From assembly GCA_950072105.1 (NCBI GenBank), contig CATMOE010000017.1, positions 1-57,474 of the forward strand: a stretch of DNA of 57,474 bases. The letters are read 5' to 3'. The notes below the pieces were generated by a model that ran no database searches, was not told the DNA's origin, and saw only the letters and a program-made list of their open reading frames with translations. Position numbers and translations under genes: made by a program. This stretch comes from an uncultured Dehalococcoidia bacterium (GTDB lineage: Bacteria; Chloroflexota; Dehalococcoidia; Lucifugimonadales; UBA3495). Below are positions 29,878-40,342 of this stretch, one piece after another (the first letter of the stretch is position 1; each line of letters starts with the position of its first letter).

Positions 29878-31557
29878 TCAGTATTTCCTCTCTTCGGGAG
29901 TCCATCTAGTGATTGAAACCGGCGAATAAGAGATTTCGGGTCCCTCTTCGCCTTTAACCGCGACGATATGTTTCATCCAGTTCTCGTCATCCCGGTTGGG
30001 ATAGTCGGTGCGGGCTTGAGCGCCGCGGCTGTCCTTCCTCTCCAAGGCGCTTACGGCGATGGTCTCGGCGCAGTCCAACATGAAGCCAAGTTCCAGAGCG
30101 AACACCAGGTCGGTGTTGAACACCCGGTTCTTGTTGTCCACCGGCACCCTGGTGTACTTCTCTTTCAAACCTCGCAGATCGTGCATCGTCTCCAGCATGC
30201 CCGCTTCGTCGCGGTACACCGCCAGGTTCCTGTTCATGGATTCGCCCATTGCCAAGCGGACCGACCCTACTCTATCGCCGTTCTGAGGGCGATCGATGAC
30301 CTCTTGGATGCGCCTCTCCTCTCTTCGAACGGCCTGCTCCACATCGAACTCGATATATTCCTGATCCCGGCAGGCTTGAGCCGCGTGGACGCCCGACCGT
30401 TGCCCGAATACGATGGTATCTAGCAGGGAGTTAGCGCCCAAACGATTGCCGCCGTGAACGCTCACGCAAGCGCATTCTCCCGCGGCGTAAACCCCCGGCA
30501 GATTGGTTTGCCCATCCACGTCGGTCTTGATACCGCCCATCATGTAGTGCATTCCGGGACGTATCGGTATCGTGTCAGTAATCATGTCGACGCCGGCCAG
30601 GTCGATCCCTATCTCCCGGATCTGGCTGAGCTTCTCCATGATCAGAGCTTTCCCCAAGTGGCGGCAGTCCAGGTAGACGCATCCGTTGACGCCGTTTCCG
30701 GCGTTGAGCTCGGTCTGCTCAGCGCGGGACACCACGTCCCTCGAGGCCAGTTCCATCATGTTGGGGGCATAGCGCTCCATGAACCGTTCGCCGTTCTTGT
30801 CCAGCAGGTAGGCGCCCTCGCCACGGGCGGCTTCGGATATCAACACGCCGCTGCCCGCCAGAGTCGTTGGGTGGTACTGGACCATCTCCATGTCCATCAA
30901 TTGGGCCCCAGCGTTGTAAGCCAGGGCCATGCCGTCCCCAGTGACGATCAAGGCGTTGGTGCTGGGCTCGAACAAGCGGCCCAGACCGCCGGTGCAAAAG
31001 ATCACCGTCTTGGACCGGATGACGAAGACCTGCCCGGTGCGTATCTCGAGGGCGGTTACTCCGCAAACCCGGCCGTCTTCTTCGATAAGTCCGGTCACGA
31101 ACCACTCTTCGTAGCGCCGGACTCCCGACTTGATCAACTGCTCGAACATGACGTGCAGCATGGCTTGGCCGGTGAAGTCGCCTACAAAAAATGTTCGGGC
31201 GCGGCGCTGGCCGCCGAACGCCCGGGTGCCCAGCTTGCCTTCGTCATCACGGTTGAAGGTGACACCGAAGTGCTCCATGTCGATAAGGGCTTGCCCCGCT
31301 GACTGGCACATGACCTCAATGGCGTCTTGGTCTCCAAGGTAATCGCTGCCTTTAACAGTGTCGTAGGCGTGGTCTTCCCAGCCGTCGCCCCGGTCGGTAA
31401 GGGCGGCGTTGATCCCGCCTTGAGCCGCATTGGAGTGGCTGCGCACCGGGTGGACTTTGCTGATGATGGCGACGCTGGCCCCTTCGGCCCGCGCCGCGAT
31501 GGCCGCGCGCATTCCCGCCAGCCCGGCTCCGATTACAAGGACATCATGCTCCAACAT
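29878..31557 (-). CDS. sdhA: Succinate dehydrogenase/fumarate reductase flavoprotein subunit
   Basis: GAGLAG, RSHSNAAQGG, QYHPT, HYMMGG, HGGNRLGANSL. Confidence 0.95.
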   Translation of the reverse strand: MLEHDVLVIGAGLAGMRAAIAARAEGASVAIISKVHPVRSHSNAAQGGINAALTDRGDGWEDHAYDTVKGSDYLGDQDAIEVMCQSAGQALIDMEHFGVTFNRDDEGKLGTRAFGGQRRARTFFVGDFTGQAMLHVMFEQLIKSGVRRYEEWFVTGLIEEDGRVCGVTALEIRTGQVFVIRSKTVIFCTGGLGRLFEPSTNALIVTGDGMALAYNAGAQLMDMEMVQYHPTTLAGSGVLISEAARGEGAYLLDKNGERFMERYAPNMMELASRDVVSRAEQTELNAGNGVNGCVYLDCRHLGKALIMEKLSQIREIGIDLAGVDMITDTIPIRPGMHYMMGGIKTDVDGQTNLPGVYAAGECACVSVHGGNRLGANSLLDTIVFGQRSGVHAAQACRDQEYIEFDVEQAVRREERRIQEVIDRPQNGDRVGSVRLAMGESMNRNLAVYRDEAGMLETMHDLRGLKEKYTRVPVDNKNRVFNTDLVFALELGFMLDCAETIAVSALERKDSRGAQARTDYPNRDDENWMKHIVAVKGEEGPEISYSPVSITRWTPEERKY

Positions 31558-31715
31558 GGTCGACTTTTCCTCCGATCAATCCTGTTCTATCGATTATCTT
31601 CGAAACGGCCATCATGTAATCACGTGGGCCGTTGTTACCCGCAACAAAAGGACGGTCCAATAAGACCGCCACTTAATATATCAGAAACCCCATCGCCGTT
31701 CTAGAACCGGCCGGC

Positions 31716-32279
31716 TCAGACGGGTTGATCCCCGCCCAAAAGCCGGAGGGCCAACAGTAATGACGCGATGCTCTTGCTGTCCTGGATCACGCCGCTCTCT
31801 ATCAGACCGGGGATGCTTTCCAAGGGCACCCGCTCCACCGTTATGTATTCGTCATCGTCGGCGGGCAAACTGGCAGATGTCAATTCCATCGCCAGGTAGG
31901 CGTGCATGAACTCGGTGGCCCAACCGGGAGAAACCCAGAATCCGGCCAACTTCCGCAGGGAACCGGAGGTAACGCCTACTTCTTCCTGCAGTTCCCTGAG
32001 CACCGTTTCCTCCGGAGTTTCGCCGGCTTCCACCCCGCCGGCCGGCACTTCAAGCAGGTTGAGTTGAGCCGCCTTGCGATACTGACGGACCATCAAGACG
32101 TTATTGTCTTCGTCGATCGGCACCACACACACGGCGTCTTCATGTTCGACGATCTCCCTTGTGGTGGTCCGGCCGCTGGGAAGTTGTACCGTGTCGACTC
32201 GAAGTTTAACTATCCGACCCTCGAATACAACCTTGCTGTCCGTCGTGGGTTCGGGATCAGATTGTTCCGTCACGTTCAA
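31716..32279 (-). CDS. NUDIX hydrolase (ADP-ribose pyrophosphatase-like)
   Basis: Nudix box GGVEAGETPEETVLRELQEEVG, RQYR, SPG. Confidence 0.9.
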   Translation of the reverse strand: MNVTEQSDPEPTTDSKVVFEGRIVKLRVDTVQLPSGRTTTREIVEHEDAVCVVPIDEDNNVLMVRQYRKAAQLNLLEVPAGGVEAGETPEETVLRELQEEVGVTSGSLRKLAGFWVSPGWATEFMHAYLAMELTSASLPADDDEYITVERVPLESIPGLIESGVIQDSKSIASLLLALRLLGGDQPV

Positions 32280-32284
32280 ATAAC

Positions 32285-33133
32285 CTACTGTCCGCGGATG
32301 CTGAAGCCCAGGCGGCGAGTCAGCGTGGCGTAAAAATGACTGGGCGGGTTGGCCCGCAAGAACTTAGCCTTGTAGGGGCTCTGCTTCACCACCACCCGGT
32401 CTCCGGGGGTTAAGGTGTAATCCACGTAACCATCTACGCTGAGAGTGGCCTTCTCGTATCCCTCCAAAGTGAGGACAACCTCGGTGCCGCCATTGAGCAC
32501 CAGACCCGCGGTTAAACCCATGTGAGCCGCCACCGTTTTTAGCACCAGGTCGTCGGACGACGGGTCCAATATCGGCCCGCCCACGGCCAGGTTATACCCG
32601 GTGCTGCCCGTGGCGGTGGAAAGGATAACCGCGTCGGCGCGGAAAGTCGTCATCTGCGCGCCGTCGATGGTCCCGCTTATTATCACTACGCGGGAAACGG
32701 CTCCCCGGGCGAGAACAACGTCATTGAGGGCGTGGAAAGGTCCGTCATCATGCTCCCCGTTGGGCTCGCCCCAGATGACCTCCGCCTGCAGCATGTACCG
32801 CTCTTCCATGCGGCACTCTCCTTCTAGGTAGAGCGGGAGTTTTTCCAGGGCCTCGTGAACCTGAAGCTCGGTCATGAAACCGAGCCGTCCCATGTTGATT
32901 CCAACCATGGGGATGCCACTGGGAGCGGTAACCTGGGCGGCCCGCAAGATGGTTCCGTCACCGCCCACGGTGATGACCAACTCGGTTTCCTTCGCTCTCT
33001 CCCTAAGCACCTGAAGGTTCTCCGCCGGCGAAACCCATGTGTCTTCCGGCAAGGCCAGATCGTGCAGAATCGTAGTGCTCAGGTCCAGAGCCTCAGGTAT
33101 TCGGCCATTGTATATTATCCCGACGTTTTTCAT
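32285..33133 (-). CDS. nadK: NAD(+) kinase
   Basis: GGDGT, GRLGF, LND, TATGSTGY. Confidence 0.94.
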   Translation of the reverse strand: MKNVGIIYNGRIPEALDLSTTILHDLALPEDTWVSPAENLQVLRERAKETELVITVGGDGTILRAAQVTAPSGIPMVGINMGRLGFMTELQVHEALEKLPLYLEGECRMEERYMLQAEVIWGEPNGEHDDGPFHALNDVVLARGAVSRVVIISGTIDGAQMTTFRADAVILSTATGSTGYNLAVGGPILDPSSDDLVLKTVAAHMGLTAGLVLNGGTEVVLTLEGYEKATLSVDGYVDYTLTPGDRVVVKQSPYKAKFLRANPPSHFYATLTRRLGFSIRGQ

Positions 33134-33295
33134 CTTTTTCGTATGGTATTACTATAGATGTTCAGACTAATGACAGGAGCAGTCCGCACCTGGCTACGAG
33201 GCAGGGCGAGTCTAGCACCGGCTCTTGATCAGTGTCAATGGCGGCTAGCGCCGGCGGTCATTCATCGGCCTGAGATCCTAATCGCCAAGTTGGGC

Positions 33296-34819
33296 TTACA
33301 GCATCAGGGCGCCTACCGCGATCTCGGCGGCCCGCAGAACGAAACCGGGGGCGATGCCGATGCCGATCATGGCAACACCCGACACGGTCAAAGCAAACCA
33401 GGCTACGGGTGAAATACCGGAGGCTCCCTGTTCCCGGGGCGGCTCCAAGAACATTACCCGGACGATTCTCACGTAGTAGTAAGCCGAGACAACGCTGTTT
33501 ATCACGCCCAGGATCGCCAGCCACACCAGGCCGCTTTTAATCGCCGCCGAGAAGATGACCAGTTTGCCGATGAAGATGCTGGTGGGAGGCACTCCGATCA
33601 GAGCCACCAGTGCCAGGGTCAGGACCACCGCTAGAAATGGCGCACGCCTGACGAGCCCCGCATAATCTTCGATCAGATCGCTGCCGGTTCGTTGGCTAAC
33701 GGCGATGATTGCGAAAAAGGCGGTCAAGTTAGCCGCGGCGTAAGCGGCAAGGTAGAACAGCACGCTGTTGAGGCCCAACGATACGAACTCGGGACCTCCC
33801 GTGACAGATCCGGAAGCTTTCACGCCTGCCGCGATCCCCACCAGGATGTACCCGGCATGAGCGATGGTGCTGTACCCAAAGAGTCTTCGTATATTGGTTT
33901 GTCCCATGGCCGCCAGGTTGCCAAGGGTCATTGAGGCGGCAGCCAGAACCGCGATCAAACTTGCCCAATCCAAGGCTATGGGGAAGAATCCGGTGAACAA
34001 CACCCGGATAAGGACGGCGACGGCGGCGGCTTTGCTAGCCACGGACAGAAAAGCGACCACCGGGGCCGGCGCCCCTTCGTAGATGTCGGGGACCCACATC
34101 TGAAAGGGGACGGATGAGATTTTGAAGCCGAATCCCACCAGCATCAGCACCACGCCGACCAGCAGAGCATACCCGCCGAAGGGTAGCTCCAGCGCCGCCG
34201 CTGACGTGACGGCAACCGAGATCTCATCCAGCTGGGTGCTTCCGGTGAATCCATAGATCAAGGCCATTCCGTAAAGCATCACGGCCGAGCTGATGGCTCC
34301 GATAATCAGGAATTTCATCCCAGCTTCGCTGGACTTGGATGTCATCAAGAATGCGGACAATGCCGCCAGTGGGAGAGTAGTCAGCTCCAAGGAGATGTAG
34401 ATGGTTATCAACTCGGTCGCCGATGCCAGTAGCATCATCCCGGTGGCCGAGAAGAGCAGCAAGCCGAAGTACTCACCCCGGAAACGCTCTATCCGCATCA
34501 CATAGTCCACCGACGACAATGTCACCAATCCTAACGCGGCCAGCACCAGGTAGTTGAAGAACAATGAGAAACGGTCCACCGCCAGGCTACCCGCCAAAAC
34601 ACCCGCAGCCCCAGATTCGGTCTCGTCCACCAGATTAACGGCACCGGACAGGTCGACGGACTGAATCACCAGGAGCGCCAAAGAAACCAGTAACCCGGCA
34701 AAGGCCGCATAGGGTAGGAAACCTTTGCGCTGGAAAACCAAGTCCAAAAGGATGACCAGGATACCCGTACTAGCCACGGCCAACTGGGGGGAGATTAAGT
34801 AAAGGTCGTATAAGTTCAT
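33296..34819 (-). CDS. nuoN: NADH-quinone oxidoreductase subunit N
   Basis: SSEAGMKF, FKISSVPFQMWVPDIYEGAP, YSTIAHAGY. Confidence 0.95.
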   Translation of the reverse strand: MNLYDLYLISPQLAVASTGILVILLDLVFQRKGFLPYAAFAGLLVSLALLVIQSVDLSGAVNLVDETESGAAGVLAGSLAVDRFSLFFNYLVLAALGLVTLSSVDYVMRIERFRGEYFGLLLFSATGMMLLASATELITIYISLELTTLPLAALSAFLMTSKSSEAGMKFLIIGAISSAVMLYGMALIYGFTGSTQLDEISVAVTSAAALELPFGGYALLVGVVLMLVGFGFKISSVPFQMWVPDIYEGAPAPVVAFLSVASKAAAVAVLIRVLFTGFFPIALDWASLIAVLAAASMTLGNLAAMGQTNIRRLFGYSTIAHAGYILVGIAAGVKASGSVTGGPEFVSLGLNSVLFYLAAYAAANLTAFFAIIAVSQRTGSDLIEDYAGLVRRAPFLAVVLTLALVALIGVPPTSIFIGKLVIFSAAIKSGLVWLAILGVINSVVSAYYYVRIVRVMFLEPPREQGASGISPVAWFALTVSGVAMIGIGIAPGFVLRAAEIAVGALML

Positions 34820-34823
34820 GGCA

Positions 34824-36350
34824 TCACGGAACAGCCGCCGGGATCAAGGCCACGATGGGACGTAATCCGAATTCGAACACGTCGGTCAAGATGGACGGAT
34901 AGATCCCGACTCCCACGATCGTTATCACCAGTATGGCCATGGGCAGCGCCTCGATGAGAGAGGCGTCTCTTACATCGGCGAACCGCTCCCGCCGGACCCC
35001 AAAGAACGCCCGTTCCATCATCCAGAGGATATAGCCGGCGGCCAGGACTATCCCAAACACCGCGAGAGCGGTGGGCCAAGGATAAGCCCGGAAGGCCCCC
35101 AGGAACACCAGCACCTCGGAAACAAAGCCGCTGAGTCCGGGTAAACCCAATGAGGCGAACCCGGCTATCAGAAGTCCGGCAGCTACCAAGGGCATTCTAC
35201 CGGCCAGCCCGCCCAGATCGGGAATATAGCGAGTGTGAGTCTTGTCGTAAACCAAGCCCGCTCCCAAGAACAGCAGGCCGGTAATAGTCCCGTGGGTGAA
35301 AAGCTGCATGGCTGCGCCGTTCAACCCGGCGGATGTCAGCGTCCCGTGGGTCACCCCGATGGAGCCTATGCCCACCAACACCAGCCCCATATGGCTGACG
35401 CTGGAGTATGCGATAAGCCGCTTCAAGTCGGTCTGGCGAAGGGTGACAATTGCTCCATAAATAACGCTGACAACCCCCAAAGTCACCAGCGCCCAGGCGA
35501 AGTGTTGCGCCTGGCCGGGGAACATTCCAACGTTGATACGGAGTATCCCGTAGCCCCCCATCTTCAACAAAACTCCGGCCAGCATCACGCTGGCAGCGGT
35601 GGGCGCGTTGGTATGGGCGTCGGGCAGCCAGGTGTGCAACGGCCATACGGGCAGCTTGATAGCGAAGCCGATGAAAAACAGCCAGAACAGGGCGCCTAGA
35701 GGCAACAATACCCCGGCCCCCAACATGGTCCCTTGGGTGGAAAGGGCCCTCATGTCGAAGGTGCCCACATCGGGGGTCAGGAACACCGCCACGATCGCCA
35801 CCAGCATGAAAGCGCTGCCCAGGATGGTGAACATCAAGAACTTCATCGCCGAGTATTCCTTGCGGCCAGTGCCCCAAATGGAGATGAGCATGTACATCGG
35901 AACTAGTTCCAGTTCCCAGAAGAAGAAGAACAGAAGCAGGTCCAGAGAGCTGAACACCCCCATCACGGCGGTTTGCAGCACCAAAAGCCATACGAAATGC
36001 TCTCGAACCCGGGTGTCGATGCGCCACGAAGCCAGCACGGCGCACAATCCGAGAATACCGGTGAGGGCCACCAAGGGAGCGCTAAGGCCGTCGACCCCCA
36101 GCAAATAATTGGCCCTTAAAGTTTCGCCCGGTATCCAAGTGAACTGGTCGATAAACTGGAACCGCGCTGCGTCTTCGCCGTGGCTAAACAGTCCAAAGAC
36201 CAGCAATGTTAATACCAGATCGGCCACGGCCACCATGACGGCAACCACACGGATGTTGCGGTCGCCTCGTACCAATAGCAAGATGAACACCGCACCCACG
36301 GCTGGCAAAAACACCGTCGCCGTCAACAACCCTGAAAAACCAGTATCCAC
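34824..36350 (-). CDS. nuoM: NADH-quinone oxidoreductase subunit M
   Basis: GVDGLS, FFWE, PLHTWLPDAH, LLKMGGYG, AYSSVSHMG. Confidence 0.95.
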   Translation of the reverse strand: MDTGFSGLLTATVFLPAVGAVFILLLVRGDRNIRVVAVMVAVADLVLTLLVFGLFSHGEDAARFQFIDQFTWIPGETLRANYLLGVDGLSAPLVALTGILGLCAVLASWRIDTRVREHFVWLLVLQTAVMGVFSSLDLLLFFFFWELELVPMYMLISIWGTGRKEYSAMKFLMFTILGSAFMLVAIVAVFLTPDVGTFDMRALSTQGTMLGAGVLLPLGALFWLFFIGFAIKLPVWPLHTWLPDAHTNAPTAASVMLAGVLLKMGGYGILRINVGMFPGQAQHFAWALVTLGVVSVIYGAIVTLRQTDLKRLIAYSSVSHMGLVLVGIGSIGVTHGTLTSAGLNGAAMQLFTHGTITGLLFLGAGLVYDKTHTRYIPDLGGLAGRMPLVAAGLLIAGFASLGLPGLSGFVSEVLVFLGAFRAYPWPTALAVFGIVLAAGYILWMMERAFFGVRRERFADVRDASLIEALPMAILVITIVGVGIYPSILTDVFEFGLRPIVALIPAAVP

Positions 36351-36400
36351 TAAATCACATACTCGCTAATCGGCCAGAGTCTCAAGGCAGTTCCCCGGTT

Positions 36401-36434
36401 GCCCGCCTTTAGTAAAGGGGGGTTGGGGGGATTC
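36401..36434. repeat. Family A palindromic repeat between nuoL and nuoM
   Basis: GCCCGCCTTTAGTAAAGGGGGGTTGGGGGGATT, near-identical to 21396-21429. Confidence 0.8.
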
Positions 36435-36474
36435 CCGCCACAACCGGAATCACTCAGAGGCCATTTAGCTCCGC

Positions 36475-38529
36475 TTAAAATACCAAAAATCCCAACAGAA
36501 TGAGCAAACTACCGAGGGTCAAAGCAATGCCGTAGGCTTGGACCTCCCCGGTCTGGAACCTGGAAATAAAGTTGGGCCCCAGATTGCGCGAGATTAATCC
36601 GATGGCATCCACAACCCCGTCCACCACCACCCGGTCGACCCAGTCAACCACTCTGGCGATCCCGTTGTGGAAAGACCGCCGCACAATTACATCTTCGTAC
36701 AACTCGTCCAAGAAATACTTTCGGGACAGCAGCGTATGCACCGGCTTTATCGATTCCAGCGGGTCTTTATTCGCCGCTGAACGCCTGAGGTAGAGAACCG
36801 AGGCCAAGCCGATACCGGCCAGAGCGATTACGGTAGAGGCCGCCACCATCCAACGGTTAAACGCGGGGACTTCCAAATGAACGACTCCGCCCAACGGAGT
36901 TGACTTCAACCCTTCGATCAGAAACTCGGTTATCCAATGTTTGGGTATCCCGAACACTTCCACCCATTGAGGATTGAGTAAATATCCGGAGAAAACGGCG
37001 GCAACACCCAAAAGCACCATGGGGAACCACATGAAGATAGGGGACTCGGCCAGGTGCACCTCGCCCAGATGGCCGGTGTCAGGTTGTCCCTCCGCGGCTA
37101 GGTCCGCCCGCTCCTGTTCCGCTCCGCCACGGAACTCGCCATGAAAGGTCATGTAGATCATACGAAACGTGTAAAAGGCGGTGAGTAAAACCCCGGTCAG
37201 CAAGAATACCAAAGTCAACTTGCCGGCCCAAAGCGCGGCCGGACCTCCGCCATGCCATCCATCGCTCCAGGCTGCGGACAGAATCTCGTCTTTACTCCAA
37301 AAGCCGGCCAACGGAATGATGCCCACCAAGCTGAGGCCGCCAATCAGGACCAACGCATAGGTCAGAGGCATGCGGCGCCATAGTCCTCCCATGTAGCGCA
37401 TGTTGAATGTCCCGGTGGCGTGATTCACATTACCGGCCACCATGAACAACAGGGCTTTGAACGACGCATGAGTCACCAGATGGAAAATCGCCGCTGGGAA
37501 GGCCCCCAAGCCCAGAGCCGCCATCATGTAACCCAGTTGGCTCACCGTGGAATAGGCCATGACCCGCTTGATATCGTTCATCACCAGGCCCATGGTAGCC
37601 GCAAAGAGGGCGGTGAAGCCGCCGACCAACGCCACCACAGTCAAGACGTGTTGGGCCGCCTGAAACACCGGGTAGAACCGGGCCACCAGGAACACTCCGG
37701 CCGCCACCATAGTCGCGGCATGAATCAAGGAACTGACCGGAGTGGGACCTTCCATAGCGTCGGGCAACCACGTATGCAGAGGAAACTGGCCGGACTTTCC
37801 CATCGCGCCGGAGAAGATCCCCAGGGTCAGCCAGGTCAACCCCACACCCCCTAGAACGGCACCCCCGGCAGCAAGCGGCTGGGCTGCCTGCCAGATATCC
37901 GGGATGTGGAAGGGATTGAGGCCGGCGGCGGCAAATCTGTCCCCCTGGAGGAAAAGGTACATTATCGCGATCAGGAAACCCACGTCTCCGATACGGGTGA
38001 TCAAGAACGCTTTCTTGGCCGCCGCGGCGGCGGCGGGCCGCTCGTGCCAGAAGCCTATGAGCAGGTAGGACGATACGCCCACCAGTTCCCAGAAGGCGTA
38101 GAGCAATATTATGTTGGCCGACAACACCAACCCCAACATCGACGCGGTGAACAGCGCCATGTAGGCAAAGTACCGCGCATAGCTAGGATCGCCACGCATG
38201 TAACCCAGGGAATATATCTGCACCATCAGACTGACGCCGGTGACTACCACCAGCATGATGGCTGTCAGCGGGTCGATCAACAGAGCAAATTCTATTACGG
38301 CTCCGCCCACGTCCAGCCATCGGTGTCCTTCAAAGTGCGGCTCGCCGCTCCGGATAACCGCATCCAGTGTCAAGACCGACAGAGCCAATGCCGCGGCCAG
38401 CGCGATGATCAGCAAGATCCCGCTGACCCAGGCGTAGCGGTTCAGGAAGGGCCGAACGACTAGGCCGATCACCACGAAGGCGGCCAACGGCAGCAGCAAG
38501 ATCGCCCATATGGAGGCTTCGCTAACCAT
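36475..38529 (-). CDS. nuoL: NADH-quinone oxidoreductase subunit L
   Basis: WELVGVSSYLLIGFW, GKSGQFPLHTWLPDAMEGPTPVS, GFWSKDEI. Confidence 0.95.
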   Translation of the reverse strand: MVSEASIWAILLLPLAAFVVIGLVVRPFLNRYAWVSGILLIIALAAALALSVLTLDAVIRSGEPHFEGHRWLDVGGAVIEFALLIDPLTAIMLVVVTGVSLMVQIYSLGYMRGDPSYARYFAYMALFTASMLGLVLSANIILLYAFWELVGVSSYLLIGFWHERPAAAAAAKKAFLITRIGDVGFLIAIMYLFLQGDRFAAAGLNPFHIPDIWQAAQPLAAGGAVLGGVGLTWLTLGIFSGAMGKSGQFPLHTWLPDAMEGPTPVSSLIHAATMVAAGVFLVARFYPVFQAAQHVLTVVALVGGFTALFAATMGLVMNDIKRVMAYSTVSQLGYMMAALGLGAFPAAIFHLVTHASFKALLFMVAGNVNHATGTFNMRYMGGLWRRMPLTYALVLIGGLSLVGIIPLAGFWSKDEILSAAWSDGWHGGGPAALWAGKLTLVFLLTGVLLTAFYTFRMIYMTFHGEFRGGAEQERADLAAEGQPDTGHLGEVHLAESPIFMWFPMVLLGVAAVFSGYLLNPQWVEVFGIPKHWITEFLIEGLKSTPLGGVVHLEVPAFNRWMVAASTVIALAGIGLASVLYLRRSAANKDPLESIKPVHTLLSRKYFLDELYEDVIVRRSFHNGIARVVDWVDRVVVDGVVDAIGLISRNLGPNFISRFQTGEVQAYGIALTLGSLLILLGFLVF

Positions 38530-38724
38530 TCATAGCTTCCTCAGAATCTCTTCGGCCACGTGCTCCCGCCCTTTGGGCACGTAGATGCGGAAGGGGACCC
38601 GTTCGCCCCAATCCAATATGTCTCCCTCGGGTAAGATGCGCGTAGGCAAGCCTTCTCCCTCCAAGACTTCCTTCCACATCTCGGCCATCATCAGATTAGG
38701 CGCTCGTTTAAATTCAATCCACAT
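38530..38724 (-). CDS. Small DUF2007-like (putative signal-transducing) protein inside the nuo operon
   Basis: 64 aa, AEMWKEVLEGEGLP..IYVP..AEEIL pattern; its stop codon abuts the nuoL ATG. Confidence 0.75.
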   Translation of the reverse strand: MWIEFKRAPNLMMAEMWKEVLEGEGLPTRILPEGDILDWGERVPFRIYVPKGREHVAEEILRKL

Positions 38725-38727
38725 TGC

Positions 38728-38759
38728 GGCTATCAGCTATCAGCGGTCAGCAATCAGCT
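38728..38759. repeat. Heptamer tandem repeat (family B)
   Basis: GGCTATCAGCTATCAGCGGTCAGCAATCAGCT. Confidence 0.8.
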
Positions 38760-39088
38760 TAGTTTCGTAGTTCGGTTGCATTGGCTAGGTCCACGGATTC
38801 GGTGTTGCGGTACATGGCAAAGACGATGCCGAGACCCAGCGCGACTTCGGCGGCGGCCACGGTGATTATGAAAACCGCGAATACTTGGCCGGTTAGCACG
38901 GCGGCGATGTTGTCTTCTATCCCAACGGGGACAACGTACTTCGCCAGGGCCACCAAGGTCAGGTTGACGCCGTTGAACATCAATTCTAGGGACATCAACA
39001 CCACCAAGACGTTGCTCCGAGCCAGCGTACCGTACAACCCGATGCAAAACATGATCGCGGCAACAATCATCATGGATTCAAGGGTCAT
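38759..39088 (-). CDS. nuoK: NADH-quinone oxidoreductase subunit K
   Basis: MSLELMFNG, GQVF, VAAAEVALGL. Confidence 0.95.
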   Translation of the reverse strand: MTLESMMIVAAIMFCIGLYGTLARSNVLVVLMSLELMFNGVNLTLVALAKYVVPVGIEDNIAAVLTGQVFAVFIITVAAAEVALGLGIVFAMYRNTESVDLANATELRN

Positions 39089-39094
39089 TAGACG

Positions 39095-39685
39095 CTACCT
39101 CGGCCTTACCAGCGCCAATGCGCCTATTACGGCGGCCAGCAACAGCAAGGAAACCGCTTCGAAGGGCAGTACGAAGTCGCCTATCAGCAGGTCGGCCAGG
39201 CCCGCTTCCTGAGCCGCCGTCCTTTCGCCTTCGGTAGCGAATCCTGCCCGTTCTAAACCGGCCAGGTCTCCTGGCGATTCCAGGGTACGGACCGCGCTGG
39301 TCTGTACCGCTTGGGCCCTACTCTGCGCCTGGCCAGCCAGCAGGTCCCACTTGGTGTCGACGGCCACCGCCACCATAACGGCCAAGAGCACTGCCGCAAG
39401 GGTCGCCGCCGGGATCTGAAACCGGTTGGGCAAGTTTCCGTGCTGTACGTCCCGGGTGAGCATGATGGCAAAGATGATCAGGATGGCGATGGCCCCGGCA
39501 TAGATGAGTACCTGCACCACGGCCAGAAACTCGGCGCTCAGCAGCACAAAGAAGCCAGCCACCGCGATAAACACCACCACCAACAGCAAAGCGGCCCGGA
39601 ACAGGTCTTTGACTAGGACCACACCCAAGGACGCGCCAATGGCCAGCACGGATAGGACCCAGAATACGATGTCCTGAAACAACAT
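39095..39685 (-). CDS. nuoJ: NADH-quinone oxidoreductase subunit J
   Basis: AEFLAVVQVLIYAGAI, LPFEAVSLLLL. Confidence 0.94.
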   Translation of the reverse strand: MLFQDIVFWVLSVLAIGASLGVVLVKDLFRAALLLVVVFIAVAGFFVLLSAEFLAVVQVLIYAGAIAILIIFAIMLTRDVQHGNLPNRFQIPAATLAAVLLAVMVAVAVDTKWDLLAGQAQSRAQAVQTSAVRTLESPGDLAGLERAGFATEGERTAAQEAGLADLLIGDFVLPFEAVSLLLLAAVIGALALVRPR

Positions 39686-40342
39686 CTACTGGGTTTGCTC
39701 TGGGGCGCCGGCGTCGTCGGCGGTTCCATCAAGGTCAGGCGAGTTGAGGTCGTCCACGGCCTCGATCGAATCTCCGTTTCCGGAGCCCGGCGCCGGCTCC
39801 AGGCGCATACCGGCTTTTTCCTGTAGGTGCCAACGCCAGGACTCCCGACCTACGTCCTTCCAGTGCAACGGCTGGCCTTGATGGGGATCATATCCGGCGG
39901 ATTCCAACTGGGGCCTGAAAAAAGTGCTGGGATGTTTGTCGGCTTGGCGCAGCTGATCTATGCCGATCACCATCTCTTTTCGAGAATACTGGCTCTGCTC
40001 GAAACCGCTGCCCATGAACAGCGCGTCGTAGGGGCATGCCTCCACGCACAGACCGCAGAACATGCACCTGGCGATCTCGATGTCGAAGACTTCCAGCCGG
40101 TATTTGTCTCCCTGCGCCGGGGCAGTCTCGCTGGGACTGGTCACGATCTTTATTATTCCCAGGGGGCAAAACTTGGCACAGGACGCGCAACCGGTGCAGC
40201 GCTCTTCATACCAGACAAACTCTTCGCCCCGGAAGCGGGGGTGCTGCTTCAGGCGCTCTTCCGGGTACTGGACGGTGAAGGGGCGCTTGGTCAAGTTTTT
40301 CAACGTGACCAGCAGACCTTTGGCCATGCCCATGCCGTACAT
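39686..40342 (-). CDS. nuoI: NADH-quinone oxidoreductase subunit I
   Basis: TVQYPEE, CTGCASCAKFCP, CMFCGLCVEACP; acidic C-terminal extension. Confidence 0.94.
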   Translation of the reverse strand: MYGMGMAKGLLVTLKNLTKRPFTVQYPEERLKQHPRFRGEEFVWYEERCTGCASCAKFCPLGIIKIVTSPSETAPAQGDKYRLEVFDIEIARCMFCGLCVEACPYDALFMGSGFEQSQYSRKEMVIGIDQLRQADKHPSTFFRPQLESAGYDPHQGQPLHWKDVGRESWRWHLQEKAGMRLEPAPGSGNGDSIEAVDDLNSPDLDGTADDAGAPEQTQ

